Shown: in pieces, positions 19,422 through 29,326 of the stretch
Numbering within the stretch: position 1 is the first letter of the stretch
Layout of the letters: every line of letters begins with the position of its first letter
Origin: a virus
Lineage: Duplodnaviria; Caudoviricetes
Direction: 5' to 3' (one strand)
Length of the DNA: 64,000 nt
IMG/VR virus record: IMGVR_UViG_3300032138_000942
Coordinates: 59,129-123,128 of that record
Made by a program: the position numbers and the translations under genes
The notes under the pieces: model-generated
The model's input: the letters and a program-made list of their open reading frames with translations, nothing else
What the model was told of the DNA's origin: nothing
The model's database searches: none

Positions 19422-21011
19422 ATGTCCTTTCAGCTAACAAAGCAACAAATAACCAAAGAGATTATTAAATCTGGGAAAGACCCAGTTTACTTTATTAATA
19501 ATTATGCCAAGATCTCCCACCCACTGCGTGGGCTAATCCCTTTTAAATTATATGACTATCAAGAAGAACTGATTACGGATTTTAATGATTATCGGTTTAA
19601 CGTGATATTAAAAGCTCGCCAATTAGGGATATCTACAGTTTCGGCTGCTTATATCGCTTGGCTTATGATGTTCCATCGAGACAAAAACATCCTTGTTATG
19701 GCAACAAAATATGGAACAGCGGCCAACCTGGTTAAAAAAGTGAAAGGAATTATAAGGAATTTACCTGAGTGGATTAAAATAACCGATGTTGAAATCGATA
19801 ATCGAAACAGCTTCGAACTCACAAACGGTTCTCAGATAAAAGCTTCCACCACTTCCGGTGACGCTGGTCGCTCCGAAGCATTATCACTTTTAGTGATTGA
19901 CGAGGCTGCCCATGTTGATGGTCTCGAAGACCTGTGGACAGGCCTTTATCCCACTCTGTCAACGGGTGGTCGTTGTATTGCCCTGTCGACCCCCAATGGC
20001 GTGGGGAACTGGTTCCACAAAACTTTTGTTGAAGCAGACCAGGGAATTAATGACTTTAAACCCACCACCTTGATGTGGGAGGCTCACCCCGACAGGGATC
20101 AGGAGTGGTTTGAAAAGGAAACTAGAAATATGTCTCGCCGCCAGATTGCTCAAGAACTTCAATGTAACTTTAATACTTCAGGTGAAACAGTAATCCACCC
20201 CGATGACATCGGTCGGATTAACCAACAAGTAAGAGAACCAGAACATAGAGTTGGGTTCGATAGAAATTTTTGGATTTGGGAAAACTATGATCCAGCTGCC
20301 ACCTATCTGCTTTCCGCCGACGTCGCCCGAGGAGACGGAAAAGACTATTCAGTTTTCCATATCTTCAAATTAGAAACAATGGAAGTGGTTGGAGAATATC
20401 AGGGAAAAGTCACTCCTGATATATTTTCTAATGTCGTGGCTGACGCAGGGCGAGAATATGGGAACTGTATGATAGTTGTGGAAAATAATACTGTCGGCTT
20501 TTCTGTTTTAGAAAAGTTGAAAGAGAAAGAATACCCCAATGTTTATCATTCAATTAAATCAACCCATGAATTTATTGAACAAAACCAGGCAGAGTATCAC
20601 AACTCTTCAGTTCCGGGGTTTACCACCTCTTTAAAGACTCGACCAATGATTATCGCCAAGATGGAAGAATTCGTAAGAAACAAGATCGTAACTATTTATT
20701 CTTCGAGATTGTTTAATGAATTCAAGACCTTTGTATGGGTTAACGGGAGACCACAAGCGATGAGAAGTTATCACGATGATTTAATTATGTCCTTTGCTAT
20801 TGGCTGCTGGGTTCGTGACACAGTTTTCGTCGAGAGCGAAAAAGATTTAAATTTTCAGAAAGCTATGATAAACTCTATGTTTAAGAGTGATACTTGTATA
20901 TCGACAGCCATCCCAGGAATGAGAGGGTATAAAGCGTTACATCAAGATCCTCATAAAATTAAACAACACATAGATGAATTAAAAGAATTCATTTGGTTAT
21001 TAAAGGGATAA
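19422..21011 (+). CDS. terL: Terminase large subunit (T4 gp17-like)
   Basis: 'LYDYQ' Q-motif, Walker A-like 'KARQLGIST', Walker B 'LLVIDEAA', coupling motif 'STPNG', nuclease 'SADVARGDGKDYS' and 'HDDLIMS'. Confidence 0.95.
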   Translation: MSFQLTKQQITKEIIKSGKDPVYFINNYAKISHPLRGLIPFKLYDYQEELITDFNDYRFNVILKARQLGISTVSAAYIAWLMMFHRDKNILVMATKYGTAANLVKKVKGIIRNLPEWIKITDVEIDNRNSFELTNGSQIKASTTSGDAGRSEALSLLVIDEAAHVDGLEDLWTGLYPTLSTGGRCIALSTPNGVGNWFHKTFVEADQGINDFKPTTLMWEAHPDRDQEWFEKETRNMSRRQIAQELQCNFNTSGETVIHPDDIGRINQQVREPEHRVGFDRNFWIWENYDPAATYLLSADVARGDGKDYSVFHIFKLETMEVVGEYQGKVTPDIFSNVVADAGREYGNCMIVVENNTVGFSVLEKLKEKEYPNVYHSIKSTHEFIEQNQAEYHNSSVPGFTTSLKTRPMIIAKMEEFVRNKIVTIYSSRLFNEFKTFVWVNGRPQAMRSYHDDLIMSFAIGCWVRDTVFVESEKDLNFQKAMINSMFKSDTCISTAIPGMRGYKALHQDPHKIKQHIDELKEFIWLLKG

Positions 21012-21019
21012 TTATATAA

Positions 21020-22987
21020 ATGGCACGACGAAATACAAAAAACCCCAGGAACACTCAATCTTCCTTATATAAAAGGCTGACACGACTTTTGTCTGGTCCT
21101 TTGACCAACTACAGAAGGCAAACCCCAAGAAGGGAGAAAAGAAGGCAGCTTGATAAACATTATTTCCAGTCAGCCACTGGACAGCAATTTAAAAAGGCGA
21201 CTTATGATCCTTTTGAGAACTTAACTTCTAATATTTTGGCAAATCAAAATCGAGTCGAGCGTTATGCCGACTTCGACATGATGGAATATGAGCCAATCAT
21301 CGCTTCTGCTTTAGATATTTATGGCGACGAGATGTCCACTTCGAATGCTTTTAACGACGTTCTTGACATCAAGTGCTCCAACGAAGAACTTAAAGCGATT
21401 TTGGAACATCTATATGACAATGTTCTCAATATTGAGTTTAATCTCTTCGGCTGGTGCCGAACAATGTGTAAATATGGTGACTATTTTCTTTATCTCGATA
21501 TTGATGATACGGTCGGAGTCACCAACGTTATCGGCTTGCCAGCCTCCGAAATAGAACGACTCGAAGGAGAAGACAAGACAAACCCCAGTTATGTTCAATA
21601 TCAATGGAACTCTGGCGGCCTTACTTTTGAGAACTGGCAAATTGCCCATTTTCGTGTTTTGGGAAATGACAAGTATTCGCCATATGGAACATCGGTCCTG
21701 GAAGCTTCGAGGCGAATCTTTAGACAGCTGAATCTTCTTGAGGACGCCGTAATGGCTTATCGAATTGTTCGATCACCAGAGCGAAGAGTGTTTTATGTGG
21801 ATGTTGGATCGATTCAACCAGACGACGTTGAACAATATATGCAAAAGGTCATGACCCAGATGAAGCGAAACCAGGTGGTGGACGCCGGCACCGGTCGAGT
21901 GGACCTTCGTTATAATCCATTGAGTATCGAGGAGGATTATTTTATCCCGGTTCGTGGAAACGTTAGTTCAAAGGTTGAAACATTACCCGGCGGGACTTAT
22001 ACAGGCGACATTGATGACATTAAATATTTGAAGGACAAGTTGTTCGCTGCCCTGAAGATCCCCCAGTCTTATCTGTTTAGAGGTGAGGGGGCCGATGAAG
22101 ATAAAACAACTTTGGCCCAAAAGGACGTGAGATTCGCCAGAACGATTCAGCGCCTCCAACGAGCAGTTGTGGCTGAATTAGAAAAAATAGGAATTATCCA
22201 TTTATACACTCTTGGATATCGTGGAGAAGATTTAGTCTCCTTTGATCTCACCCTCAATAATCCGTCTAAGATTGCCCAGCTTCAAGAGCTTGAACACCTT
22301 AATCAGAAGTTTCAGGTGGCCTCAGCTGCCACCGAGGGATACTTTAGTAAACGATGGGTGGCGGAACATATCTTTGGAATTTCTCATGAAGAGTTTGTCC
22401 GAAATCAGAGAGAACTGTTTTACGATAGAAAGTTTGAAGCGGCTCTCCAGGCTGAATCCGAAGTGGCGGTGGACGCCACAGGCGGAACGGGTGGCGGACT
22501 CGGCGGAGGGCTTCCCGGTCTTCCGGGAGCCGATATGGGAACAGAAACAGGGGCAGCGCCCGAAACGCCCGAAACTCCAGCCGCCCCAGGCACCGAGCCA
22601 ACGCCAGAACCCCCAGCAGCCGGAGGAGAAGAAGAATCTACTCTCCTGGCAGCACCCGGAAATAGAAATGATAAAATTGCCGTTAGATCGGCAGACGGCA
22701 CAAAGTTAACTCGAAAAAATAATGGAGGATATTATAAGCCTTCAGCCACTGACACTCGTAAATCTGCCGGTCGAGGGAAGAACATGAAACGAGCAACAAT
22801 GCCGGAACTCAGCCCTCGAACCACTATTCCAGGACTTGGGGACATGGCATCTTTAGCCAAGGGCAGTATTTATGAGAACAAACAAACTAGTTATGATGAC
22901 TCTGAAGAAAAACTTTTGCAAACAAACTTCGAAGTCATGAAACTAATTGAAAAGCTTGAGGAGAAGAAAGGTGAAGTCGAAACATAA
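21020..22987 (+). CDS. Portal protein (T4 gp20-like) with low-complexity C-terminal extension
   Basis: 'PYGTSVLE', 'LLEDAVMAYRIVRSPERRVFYVDVG', 'EEDYFIPVR', 'VETLPGG', 'FARTIQRLQ'. Confidence 0.95.
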   Translation: MARRNTKNPRNTQSSLYKRLTRLLSGPLTNYRRQTPRREKRRQLDKHYFQSATGQQFKKATYDPFENLTSNILANQNRVERYADFDMMEYEPIIASALDIYGDEMSTSNAFNDVLDIKCSNEELKAILEHLYDNVLNIEFNLFGWCRTMCKYGDYFLYLDIDDTVGVTNVIGLPASEIERLEGEDKTNPSYVQYQWNSGGLTFENWQIAHFRVLGNDKYSPYGTSVLEASRRIFRQLNLLEDAVMAYRIVRSPERRVFYVDVGSIQPDDVEQYMQKVMTQMKRNQVVDAGTGRVDLRYNPLSIEEDYFIPVRGNVSSKVETLPGGTYTGDIDDIKYLKDKLFAALKIPQSYLFRGEGADEDKTTLAQKDVRFARTIQRLQRAVVAELEKIGIIHLYTLGYRGEDLVSFDLTLNNPSKIAQLQELEHLNQKFQVASAATEGYFSKRWVAEHIFGISHEEFVRNQRELFYDRKFEAALQAESEVAVDATGGTGGGLGGGLPGLPGADMGTETGAAPETPETPAAPGTEPTPEPPAAGGEEESTLLAAPGNRNDKIAVRSADGTKLTRKNNGGYYKPSATDTRKSAGRGKNMKRATMPELSPRTTIPGLGDMASLAKGSIYENKQTSYDDSEEKLLQTNFEVMKLIEKLEEKKGEVET

Positions 22988-23798
22988 TAAGAAGAGAAAC
23001 ACAGCACTTATATATGAGGCCCTGGCACGTCATTTAACTAAGTCTATAATAGCTAAAAATGTTGAGGCTAAAGACAAGATCATCTCCATTATAAAAGAAC
23101 ATTTTCACAAAGAGACTGTGATGGCCAAGGAGCTTCAGCTTTATCGGGTTTTGTGTGAAACATATGACCTTAAACCCCATATGGCAGAGAAGATGATTTT
23201 CGAAATTAGAAAACTTCATGGAAGTTTAGATAAACAGCAATTGTTTACAGAGCAAAGCGCCATCATTAAAAAGATCAATCAGTCGTTGGGCAAATCTTTT
23301 TTCTCAAGCTTCGTCCCCAATTATAAAACATTGGCCACGATTAGTCAGGTTTTTAGTATGGAAGTTCCCACTAAAAAAAGACTTGTCCTCGAAGAGTCGC
23401 TGGTGGAGAAACTAACCTCTCCAGAGAACTCTTCCGGTGATCTAAAATCTGTGGACAGTTTGACTGTTAAAACGTTTACAAACAAGTTTAACAGTGAATA
23501 CTCCAAAGAATTATTTAAAGAGCAAGCCGAGCTTCTGTCTAAATATATTACCTCTTTTGTTGATAATGGACTTGATCTAAAAGTGTTTTTAAATGAAGAG
23601 GTTACTCGTTTAAAAGAAGTTGTTTCTTCCTCACTTAAATTAAGTGAGATCAAAGAAGATCCAAACATGGTGGAGAAAACTAAAAAAGTCTTAGCCATGC
23701 TCAACGAATTTAGGGTTGAGAAAATAGAGAAAGCTCTGGTCGAGAAAGTTCTTAAGATTCAGTCTTTGGCCAGAGAGGTAATAGCAGATGGCAATTGA
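22971..23798 (+). CDS. Conserved hypothetical protein of the head module
   Basis: Probable GTG start at 22971 after GAGGAG; 'KHNKKRNTALIYEAL'; ACTAGTTA at 22886-22893. Confidence 0.65.
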   Translation: MKSKHNKKRNTALIYEALARHLTKSIIAKNVEAKDKIISIIKEHFHKETVMAKELQLYRVLCETYDLKPHMAEKMIFEIRKLHGSLDKQQLFTEQSAIIKKINQSLGKSFFSSFVPNYKTLATISQVFSMEVPTKKRLVLEESLVEKLTSPENSSGDLKSVDSLTVKTFTNKFNSEYSKELFKEQAELLSKYITSFVDNGLDLKVFLNEEVTRLKEVVSSSLKLSEIKEDPNMVEKTKKVLAMLNEFRVEKIEKALVEKVLKIQSLAREVIADGN

Positions 23799-24351
23799 TA
23801 TCGAAATAAACCCATCTGCTCCCGAGGTCGCTCCTCCAAAAGAGCCACAAAAGGTGGTTGAACTTGATATGAGAAGAAGTCTCGATGGAAATCTTATGAT
23901 TTTTGATCACGAAGACATTGACATTGTTCTGGTGCCAGCCACCAACAAGGTTATTGCTTTCCCAAAAGAACTAATGGAAGACAGAGTTTATGCCACACAA
24001 GATCGATTTTTTTACTTTCTTCGGAAAAAAGGTGTTATCAATCCCGACACGGTTAAGGGCGGCGCTGTATATGGCTCGTTTGAAGCGACGATTTCAACAC
24101 CAATTGAAGAAGGAGTAAGCGCCCCACAGGTTGCCCTCAATGTTATTGATAAGTTCATTAAAGAGGAAAAACCGTATTTCCGTAAATATCATGAGCTTGA
24201 AGACGAGTGGGAAGAGAACCTCACCGATCCAAGCAATATGGATTCCACTGCCTTGGGCGACGTTCCACAGGCTTCAAAGAAAGGCTCCTTACGCCCAGGT
24301 TATATTCGTGGGCCATATGGAATGACATCGTTCTATCGTTACGAGGAGTAA
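23788..24351 (+). CDS. Hypothetical protein
   Basis: 187 aa, GAGG RBS, overlaps the upstream stop. Confidence 0.65.
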   Translation: MAIDIEINPSAPEVAPPKEPQKVVELDMRRSLDGNLMIFDHEDIDIVLVPATNKVIAFPKELMEDRVYATQDRFFYFLRKKGVINPDTVKGGAVYGSFEATISTPIEEGVSAPQVALNVIDKFIKEEKPYFRKYHELEDEWEENLTDPSNMDSTALGDVPQASKKGSLRPGYIRGPYGMTSFYRYEE

Positions 24352-24675
24352 ATGGAGCTTATATACTTTATCTTATGCTCTTATGGCATAACTTCCATTA
24401 TTGTGTATAGTCATCTTTTTCGATCTCCTCGAAAATATATTTCTTCACAGTCGGACTGGTTATGTGAACTGTTTCACTGCCCCATGTGTGTTGGCTTTTG
24501 GGTTGGCGTATTCTTATGTGGCATAAACAAATCCACGGAACTATTTAATTTTGATTATAATTTTATCAATTTTCTGCTTTTAGGTTCATTAAGTGCTGGA
24601 ACTTCTTATTTGCTGAACATGATTGTGGATGATGATGGAATAAAAATTAGGAGCACAAATAATGAAATTAAGTAA
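24352..24675 (+). CDS. Small membrane protein with CPMC motif (DUF1360-like)
   Basis: 3 hydrophobic segments; 'LFHCPMCVGFWVG'. Confidence 0.6.
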   Translation: MELIYFILCSYGITSIIVYSHLFRSPRKYISSQSDWLCELFHCPMCVGFWVGVFLCGINKSTELFNFDYNFINFLLLGSLSAGTSYLLNMIVDDDGIKIRSTNNEIK

Positions 24676-25075
24676 AAAGGATCTTAAGAAACTCATCCTT
24701 GAAGAAATGAATTCGGTTATTAAAACCATGACGGAAGTCGGGGAATTAAGCGATGAAGAGATCGAAGCAGAATTCGCCGGAGCACCAACGACCGCCACAC
24801 AAACAACAACTGGCACCCCAGAAGTCGATGCCACCGCCACCCCGGAAGGTGAAGAGGCTCTTAAGATGAAGGCCAACTCGGTCCGCCAACAATTCATGGA
24901 ACTCGTCCCGGAGTTGGTTCAAGGCTCCATTTCCGAGGAGGAAAGAGCTTTTATCTTTACAGTGCTCGACCGCCTCGCTGGAGCCGCCCAAGGCGGTGAC
25001 ATTAAGCCCTTAATCCCCAAGATCGACAAAAATATTGGCCTTACTGGCGTCGACCGTTTGGCCAAAAAGACATAA
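24662..25075 (+). CDS. Hypothetical protein with 'KLSKKDLKKLILEE' N-terminal motif
   Basis: 137 aa, AGGAG RBS; ACTATTTA at 24540-24547 inside the upstream gene. Confidence 0.65.
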   Translation: MKLSKKDLKKLILEEMNSVIKTMTEVGELSDEEIEAEFAGAPTTATQTTTGTPEVDATATPEGEEALKMKANSVRQQFMELVPELVQGSISEEERAFIFTVLDRLAGAAQGGDIKPLIPKIDKNIGLTGVDRLAKKT

Positions 25076-25085
25076 GGAGAGTCCG

Positions 25086-25220
25086 ATGAATTCAGAAACA
25101 TATACACAGAAGTGGATGCTCCAACCAGTTAGACGCTGTTGCAAGGGCAGCATAAACGAGCGGGTAACGCCCGTATTTAAGGATCAAAATGAGCAAGTAT
25201 TTATTAAGAGAGTATTATGA
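25086..25220 (+). CDS. Small hypothetical peptide (44 aa) with RRCCKG motif
   Basis: AAGGAG RBS at 25074-25079; MNSETYTQKWMLQPVRRCCKGS...; overlaps the protease start. Confidence 0.35.
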   Translation: MNSETYTQKWMLQPVRRCCKGSINERVTPVFKDQNEQVFIKRVL

Positions 25221-25803
25221 ACTTTGTGAAGGTGGTGTTTGCCAAGACCTTCTTACGGAAGACGAAAAAAGAATGGTTCGAGAGAACAAAGCTGTCTTCC
25301 TCACGGGAATTATGCAGAGAGCCGAAGTCCAAAATGGCAACGGTCGAGTTTACCCTCGAACAGTTCTTGAAAGAGAACTAAAGAATTACACGAAGATCGT
25401 CCAGGAAAGAAGAGCACTGGGCGAACTGGACCACCCAGAAGACTCTGTTGTTAATCTTAAGAATGCTTCTCATATGGTGACCGAGGTCTGGTGGGATGGA
25501 GACGACGTAATGGGAAAAGTTCAAGTGCTCAACACCCCCTCTGGTCAAGTCCTCAAGTCTCTAGTGGAAGCCGGCGTGAAGCTCGGCATCTCCTCTCGTG
25601 GACTGGGGTCCGTTCATGAGTCACAAGGAAAGACCATCGTCGAAGACGACTTCCAACTTATTTGTTTTGACTTTGTTTCAGAGCCTTCCACCCAGGGAGC
25701 GTTTATGATGACAGAGGGCAAGAACGTTAATTTGGATGCCGTGTTTACAAAGGCAGATCGAATCAACCGAGCCCTCAACGAAATTTTACGAGAGAAAGAA
25801 TAA
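25189..25803 (+). CDS. Prohead core protease (T4 gp21-like)
   Basis: 'NGNGRVYP', catalytic 'GELDHP', 'GISSRGLGS', 'DFVSEPS'. Confidence 0.93.
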   Translation: MSKYLLREYYELCEGGVCQDLLTEDEKRMVRENKAVFLTGIMQRAEVQNGNGRVYPRTVLERELKNYTKIVQERRALGELDHPEDSVVNLKNASHMVTEVWWDGDDVMGKVQVLNTPSGQVLKSLVEAGVKLGISSRGLGSVHESQGKTIVEDDFQLICFDFVSEPSTQGAFMMTEGKNVNLDAVFTKADRINRALNEILREKE

Positions 25804-28659
25804 GTGGCATTTTTAGATGAAAAGCACGTTGATCAACTGGTTAAAGAAGCATTTGTTAGACACCAAGTTAACGGCCTAATTGCCGAAGCCCAGCGTTTGA
25901 GCGACTTGCTCAACGAAGTGGTTCCCCAAGCCAGAGCCGGCCAAGACTTGAGAAGAAAAACAAAGGGCCAGAAGAGAACAGCCACCCCCGGCCTTCCAGG
26001 CGCCGAGCCTGTTTACAAGTTCACTCAAGGAGAGGAAGGGGCTGAATCCGCCCCCACCCCTCCCGCTGGAGGCACAGAGGTGAAACATGGTTTCTGGGAT
26101 GGGGTCAAACATTGGTTATCTAAAGCTGGGTCGCTTGAGAAGAAGGGCAAAGTTTTTAGTGGCCGATCTAAGCGAGTCCAGGGTGCTAAAGAAGAGTTTG
26201 GTGCTGCTCTAGAAAAGGCTTCAAATGAGGCGATCAAATCGTTGTTTGACGAGATCAACAAGGAATTCCCGGAATTCCCCAATATGAAAGATAAGTGGCA
26301 ATTTCGAAATGGCGTGGCAGCACTTGCTCAAACTTATGATTCCCTCGTGGGAGCCACCAAACTTTATAAGCCAGGACAAGAACAACAACAAAAAGGCGCC
26401 CTATCGCCAGTAATTGCTAATGAGCTTATTGGTGTCTTGAGGATGTATGTTAATAAATTGTTAGATTATGACCTGGCTGACGTTTATAAACATTTTACGG
26501 AAAATACTCAAATTTATGATGATGGCGAACTTGAATGGCTTTTTGAGCTTTCCCCAAAAGAAATGGCAGCTATAGCCGCCGCTCCAGAAGACGAAGCATC
26601 AACACCTGGTGGGTATCTTAGTTCTAAATATGGCGACTCGGAAACCATGAAAGGTCTCCGGAGCAATCGTTTGCCGCTGATTCTTGGATTAATTGGATCA
26701 GCAGGAATAGGCGCTTACGTTACAGGCGCCGCCACTTCCTCAGATATATCTGGCGGGGCCAATGGCGGAGAGGTAGATCCTAAAACAGGAAAGATCACGG
26801 CTCTTGATCCAAAAACTGGCAAGCCGACTGTCTCAATTGATCCAAAAACAGGAAAAGGGATTGAACAACTAGTTGACACTCGTTTTGAGATGACAGCTTC
26901 CCCCCGAGGAACCTTAAATAACTTTGCCGCGGCAGCCAAGGAGTATGGCGGTTCAGGTAATTATCAGGACTTAGCCGGCAATGTTGAAATTCTTGCCAAG
27001 CAGGCCAACGTGAGCCCAGAAGATTTCATGGCCCAATATGGAAGTCAAGCACGTTTAGGCGAAGCTTCCGAACAATGGTTTAAGGCCGTTTATGACTGGC
27101 AGGCTAACGAAGGTGGGACCACCGCTGCCTGGAATGTTAGCGGCAAGCTAGACCCTAAATTCTCAGAGTTCATTAACAGCAATCCTGAATATGCTCAGGC
27201 CGCTGAAGTGGTTCAGGGCAAGGGAATGGTCGCTCCTGGTCCTGATGGTTCGCTCCCCGCTTCACAAGGCATGGGGACTGGGCGTAAGGGAATTAGCGAC
27301 CTTATGGCCCTGGACTCTGGTCAGAAAACTGTAATTGTTGGTAAAGTTGCCAAGGCTCTTGTTACGGGTCTGGCAATGAGGGGAGCCGCCGGAGCAGCCG
27401 GTGGAGCAGCAGCAAAAGCAGTCGGCATGGGGGCCAATCCCCTGGTGGGAGCTTTAGGAATCGGCCTTGTTGCCTCTGGAGCGGCTGTGGCCCTCTTGAG
27501 AGCGAAGGGCAGGTGGAAATCCCGAGCAAAAGAGCTTGACGTTTTGGCCAAGGCTCTTAAAGATGTCCCTGTTCCTAAAGAGGAAAAGACGATTGTTGAC
27601 CCAATTACCCCGCCAACGCCACCAACCCCGCCAACACCGCCTGTAAGTGAAGGTGTCGTCCCGGTTTATTATGTGGTAAAGCTGGATAACGATGGTGATC
27701 TCAAGGTTCATCCTCTTCCCAAAACTTTATCTCGCTCATATCAAGGGAGCAAGCAAAAGCAAGAAGAACTTCGACAAGTAGCCCAGGCTGTACAAAATCA
27801 AATAGTAATGGGTGACGACCGACTAGAGGCAGTGGAAGACCGAGCCGACGAAAAGGCACAGGAGGGGGAACCTTCCGAGCCGGAAGCTGCAGCGCCCACC
27901 GACGACAGAGATATGGCAGACATTTTTGAAAGCTGGGGCCACGATATCGACGACGAGTATTCAGCTTTTCAAAATCTTAATGAGGACGAGGAACTGGACG
28001 AGCAGGAGCGACGATATTCAGATGAGTTTGAGGGCAAGTATAATAGAATAAGAAAGAGTGTCTCTCAGATCAATAAACGAATTCGTCGTCAGATGAAAAA
28101 TCCACTTAAAAGCGGAAAGACAAGAGCCCCTGAGATTTATTATGTATTTGATCAGTCTGTTGAGACTGATCTCCCAGAAGGAACCGACAAAAACAAATTG
28201 AGGGGAATGTTAAAAAAGGTCTTAACCAAACTAAAAGAAAAATCAGATCAAACAAAACAGATCCAACCCTTGACCGCCGAAGAGGTTAAAGAAGCTCTTG
28301 GAGGAAGAACCAGGGTTAAGGGATATAAGTTGGGTGTGGCCTTGAAGATGCTCCAGAAACATGGAGCCACAACGGCGACCAAGAAAGCGGTGAAACAAGC
28401 CATGAAGAAGACAAAGACAAAAACGTCGACTGGCACCTCAACCGATTCATCTGGTGGAACATCTACTTCTGAGATGTCGCCCGAAGAACGGGCCGCCGCG
28501 GCCATTGCCAAAGCAGAGAAGAAACCAACCAAAAAGCTTCCAAAGAGAAAGAAAAAGGTTGGAGGGTTCTTATCCGGTCCCGAGCGAGATATCGCCAAGA
28601 AGGCTGTTGCCGAATCTAAGCAAAAAGATCGCTGGAAAAAAATAGCAGGTTTAAAATGA
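25804..28659 (+). CDS. Large hypothetical protein with two Gly/Ala-rich hydrophobic segments; candidate internal/ejection protein
   Basis: 951 aa, GTG start directly after the protease stop; DPKTGK x3, PPT x4; C-terminal RWKKIAGLK. Confidence 0.7.
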   Translation: MAFLDEKHVDQLVKEAFVRHQVNGLIAEAQRLSDLLNEVVPQARAGQDLRRKTKGQKRTATPGLPGAEPVYKFTQGEEGAESAPTPPAGGTEVKHGFWDGVKHWLSKAGSLEKKGKVFSGRSKRVQGAKEEFGAALEKASNEAIKSLFDEINKEFPEFPNMKDKWQFRNGVAALAQTYDSLVGATKLYKPGQEQQQKGALSPVIANELIGVLRMYVNKLLDYDLADVYKHFTENTQIYDDGELEWLFELSPKEMAAIAAAPEDEASTPGGYLSSKYGDSETMKGLRSNRLPLILGLIGSAGIGAYVTGAATSSDISGGANGGEVDPKTGKITALDPKTGKPTVSIDPKTGKGIEQLVDTRFEMTASPRGTLNNFAAAAKEYGGSGNYQDLAGNVEILAKQANVSPEDFMAQYGSQARLGEASEQWFKAVYDWQANEGGTTAAWNVSGKLDPKFSEFINSNPEYAQAAEVVQGKGMVAPGPDGSLPASQGMGTGRKGISDLMALDSGQKTVIVGKVAKALVTGLAMRGAAGAAGGAAAKAVGMGANPLVGALGIGLVASGAAVALLRAKGRWKSRAKELDVLAKALKDVPVPKEEKTIVDPITPPTPPTPPTPPVSEGVVPVYYVVKLDNDGDLKVHPLPKTLSRSYQGSKQKQEELRQVAQAVQNQIVMGDDRLEAVEDRADEKAQEGEPSEPEAAAPTDDRDMADIFESWGHDIDDEYSAFQNLNEDEELDEQERRYSDEFEGKYNRIRKSVSQINKRIRRQMKNPLKSGKTRAPEIYYVFDQSVETDLPEGTDKNKLRGMLKKVLTKLKEKSDQTKQIQPLTAEEVKEALGGRTRVKGYKLGVALKMLQKHGATTATKKAVKQAMKKTKTKTSTGTSTDSSGGTSTSEMSPEERAAAAIAKAEKKPTKKLPKRKKKVGGFLSGPERDIAKKAVAESKQKDRWKKIAGLK
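26776..26856 (+). repeat. Three DPKTGK peptide repeats
   Basis: GATCCTAAAACAGGAAAG (26776), GATCCAAAAACTGGCAAG (26806), GATCCAAAAACAGGAAAA (26839). Confidence 0.85.
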
Positions 28660-29084
28660 AATCAAGTGAGTTTAAAAAATTAATCAAGCCCCTCGTTAAA
28701 GAATGTATTCAAGAGGCCCTTTTAGAAGAAGGGCTTCTTTCGAATGTTATTTCTGAAGTCGTAAAGGGGCTGAGCAAACAACCCCTGGTGGAAAGCAAAA
28801 ATACAGAAACAGAAGAGACAAGAGAAGAACGGAATCGTCTTGCTCAAGAAGAAATTGAGAGACGGAAGTCAAAAATTAACGAGACCAGACAAAAGATGAT
28901 ATCCGCTGTCGGAGGAACAAGTTATAATGGAGTCGACCTTTTTGAAGGGACTGCCCCAATGACACAAACGAGTAACCCCCACAGCCCCCTGGCTAACACC
29001 GCTCCAAGCGATGCCGGAATTGACATCTCCAATCTTATGGGAAACAAGAAAGTCTGGAATGCTTTATTAGAAGGTAAGAAATGA
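28656..29084 (+). CDS. Hypothetical head-module protein
   Basis: 142 aa; 'MKSSEFKKLIKPLVKECIQEAL'; ATGA overlap. Confidence 0.65.
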   Translation: MKSSEFKKLIKPLVKECIQEALLEEGLLSNVISEVVKGLSKQPLVESKNTETEETREERNRLAQEEIERRKSKINETRQKMISAVGGTSYNGVDLFEGTAPMTQTSNPHSPLANTAPSDAGIDISNLMGNKKVWNALLEGKK

Positions 29085-29293
29085 AACCAATAAATATTGA
29101 TGTAAAGGTTCGTGACAACGAGTCAATTGAACGAGCACTTAAAAGATTTACACGAAAGGTCAAGAAAGAAGGAATCCTTCAGGATGTCCGGGAGAGAATG
29201 AGGTTTGAAAAGCCATCGGCTAAAAAAGCCCGTGTTGCCAAGCAACGAAAAAAAGTTTTGGATAAGCTAAAACGAGAAAGAGATACTATTTAA
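29081..29293 (+). CDS. rpsU: Ribosomal protein bS21
   Basis: 'VKVRDNESIERALKRFTRKVKKEGILQDVRERMRFEKPSAKK' matches the bS21 consensus. Confidence 0.9.
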   Translation: MKPINIDVKVRDNESIERALKRFTRKVKKEGILQDVRERMRFEKPSAKKARVAKQRKKVLDKLKRERDTI

Positions 29294-29326
29294 TAATAGA
29301 AATTGAGCACTTAGGAGTTTTAAGAA

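Noticed and set aside
26776-27642. CRISPR array or origin iterons from short repeats
   Set aside because: The repeats are in-frame peptide repeats (DPKTGK, PPT) with synonymous variation; no repeat-spacer structure or cas genes seen.
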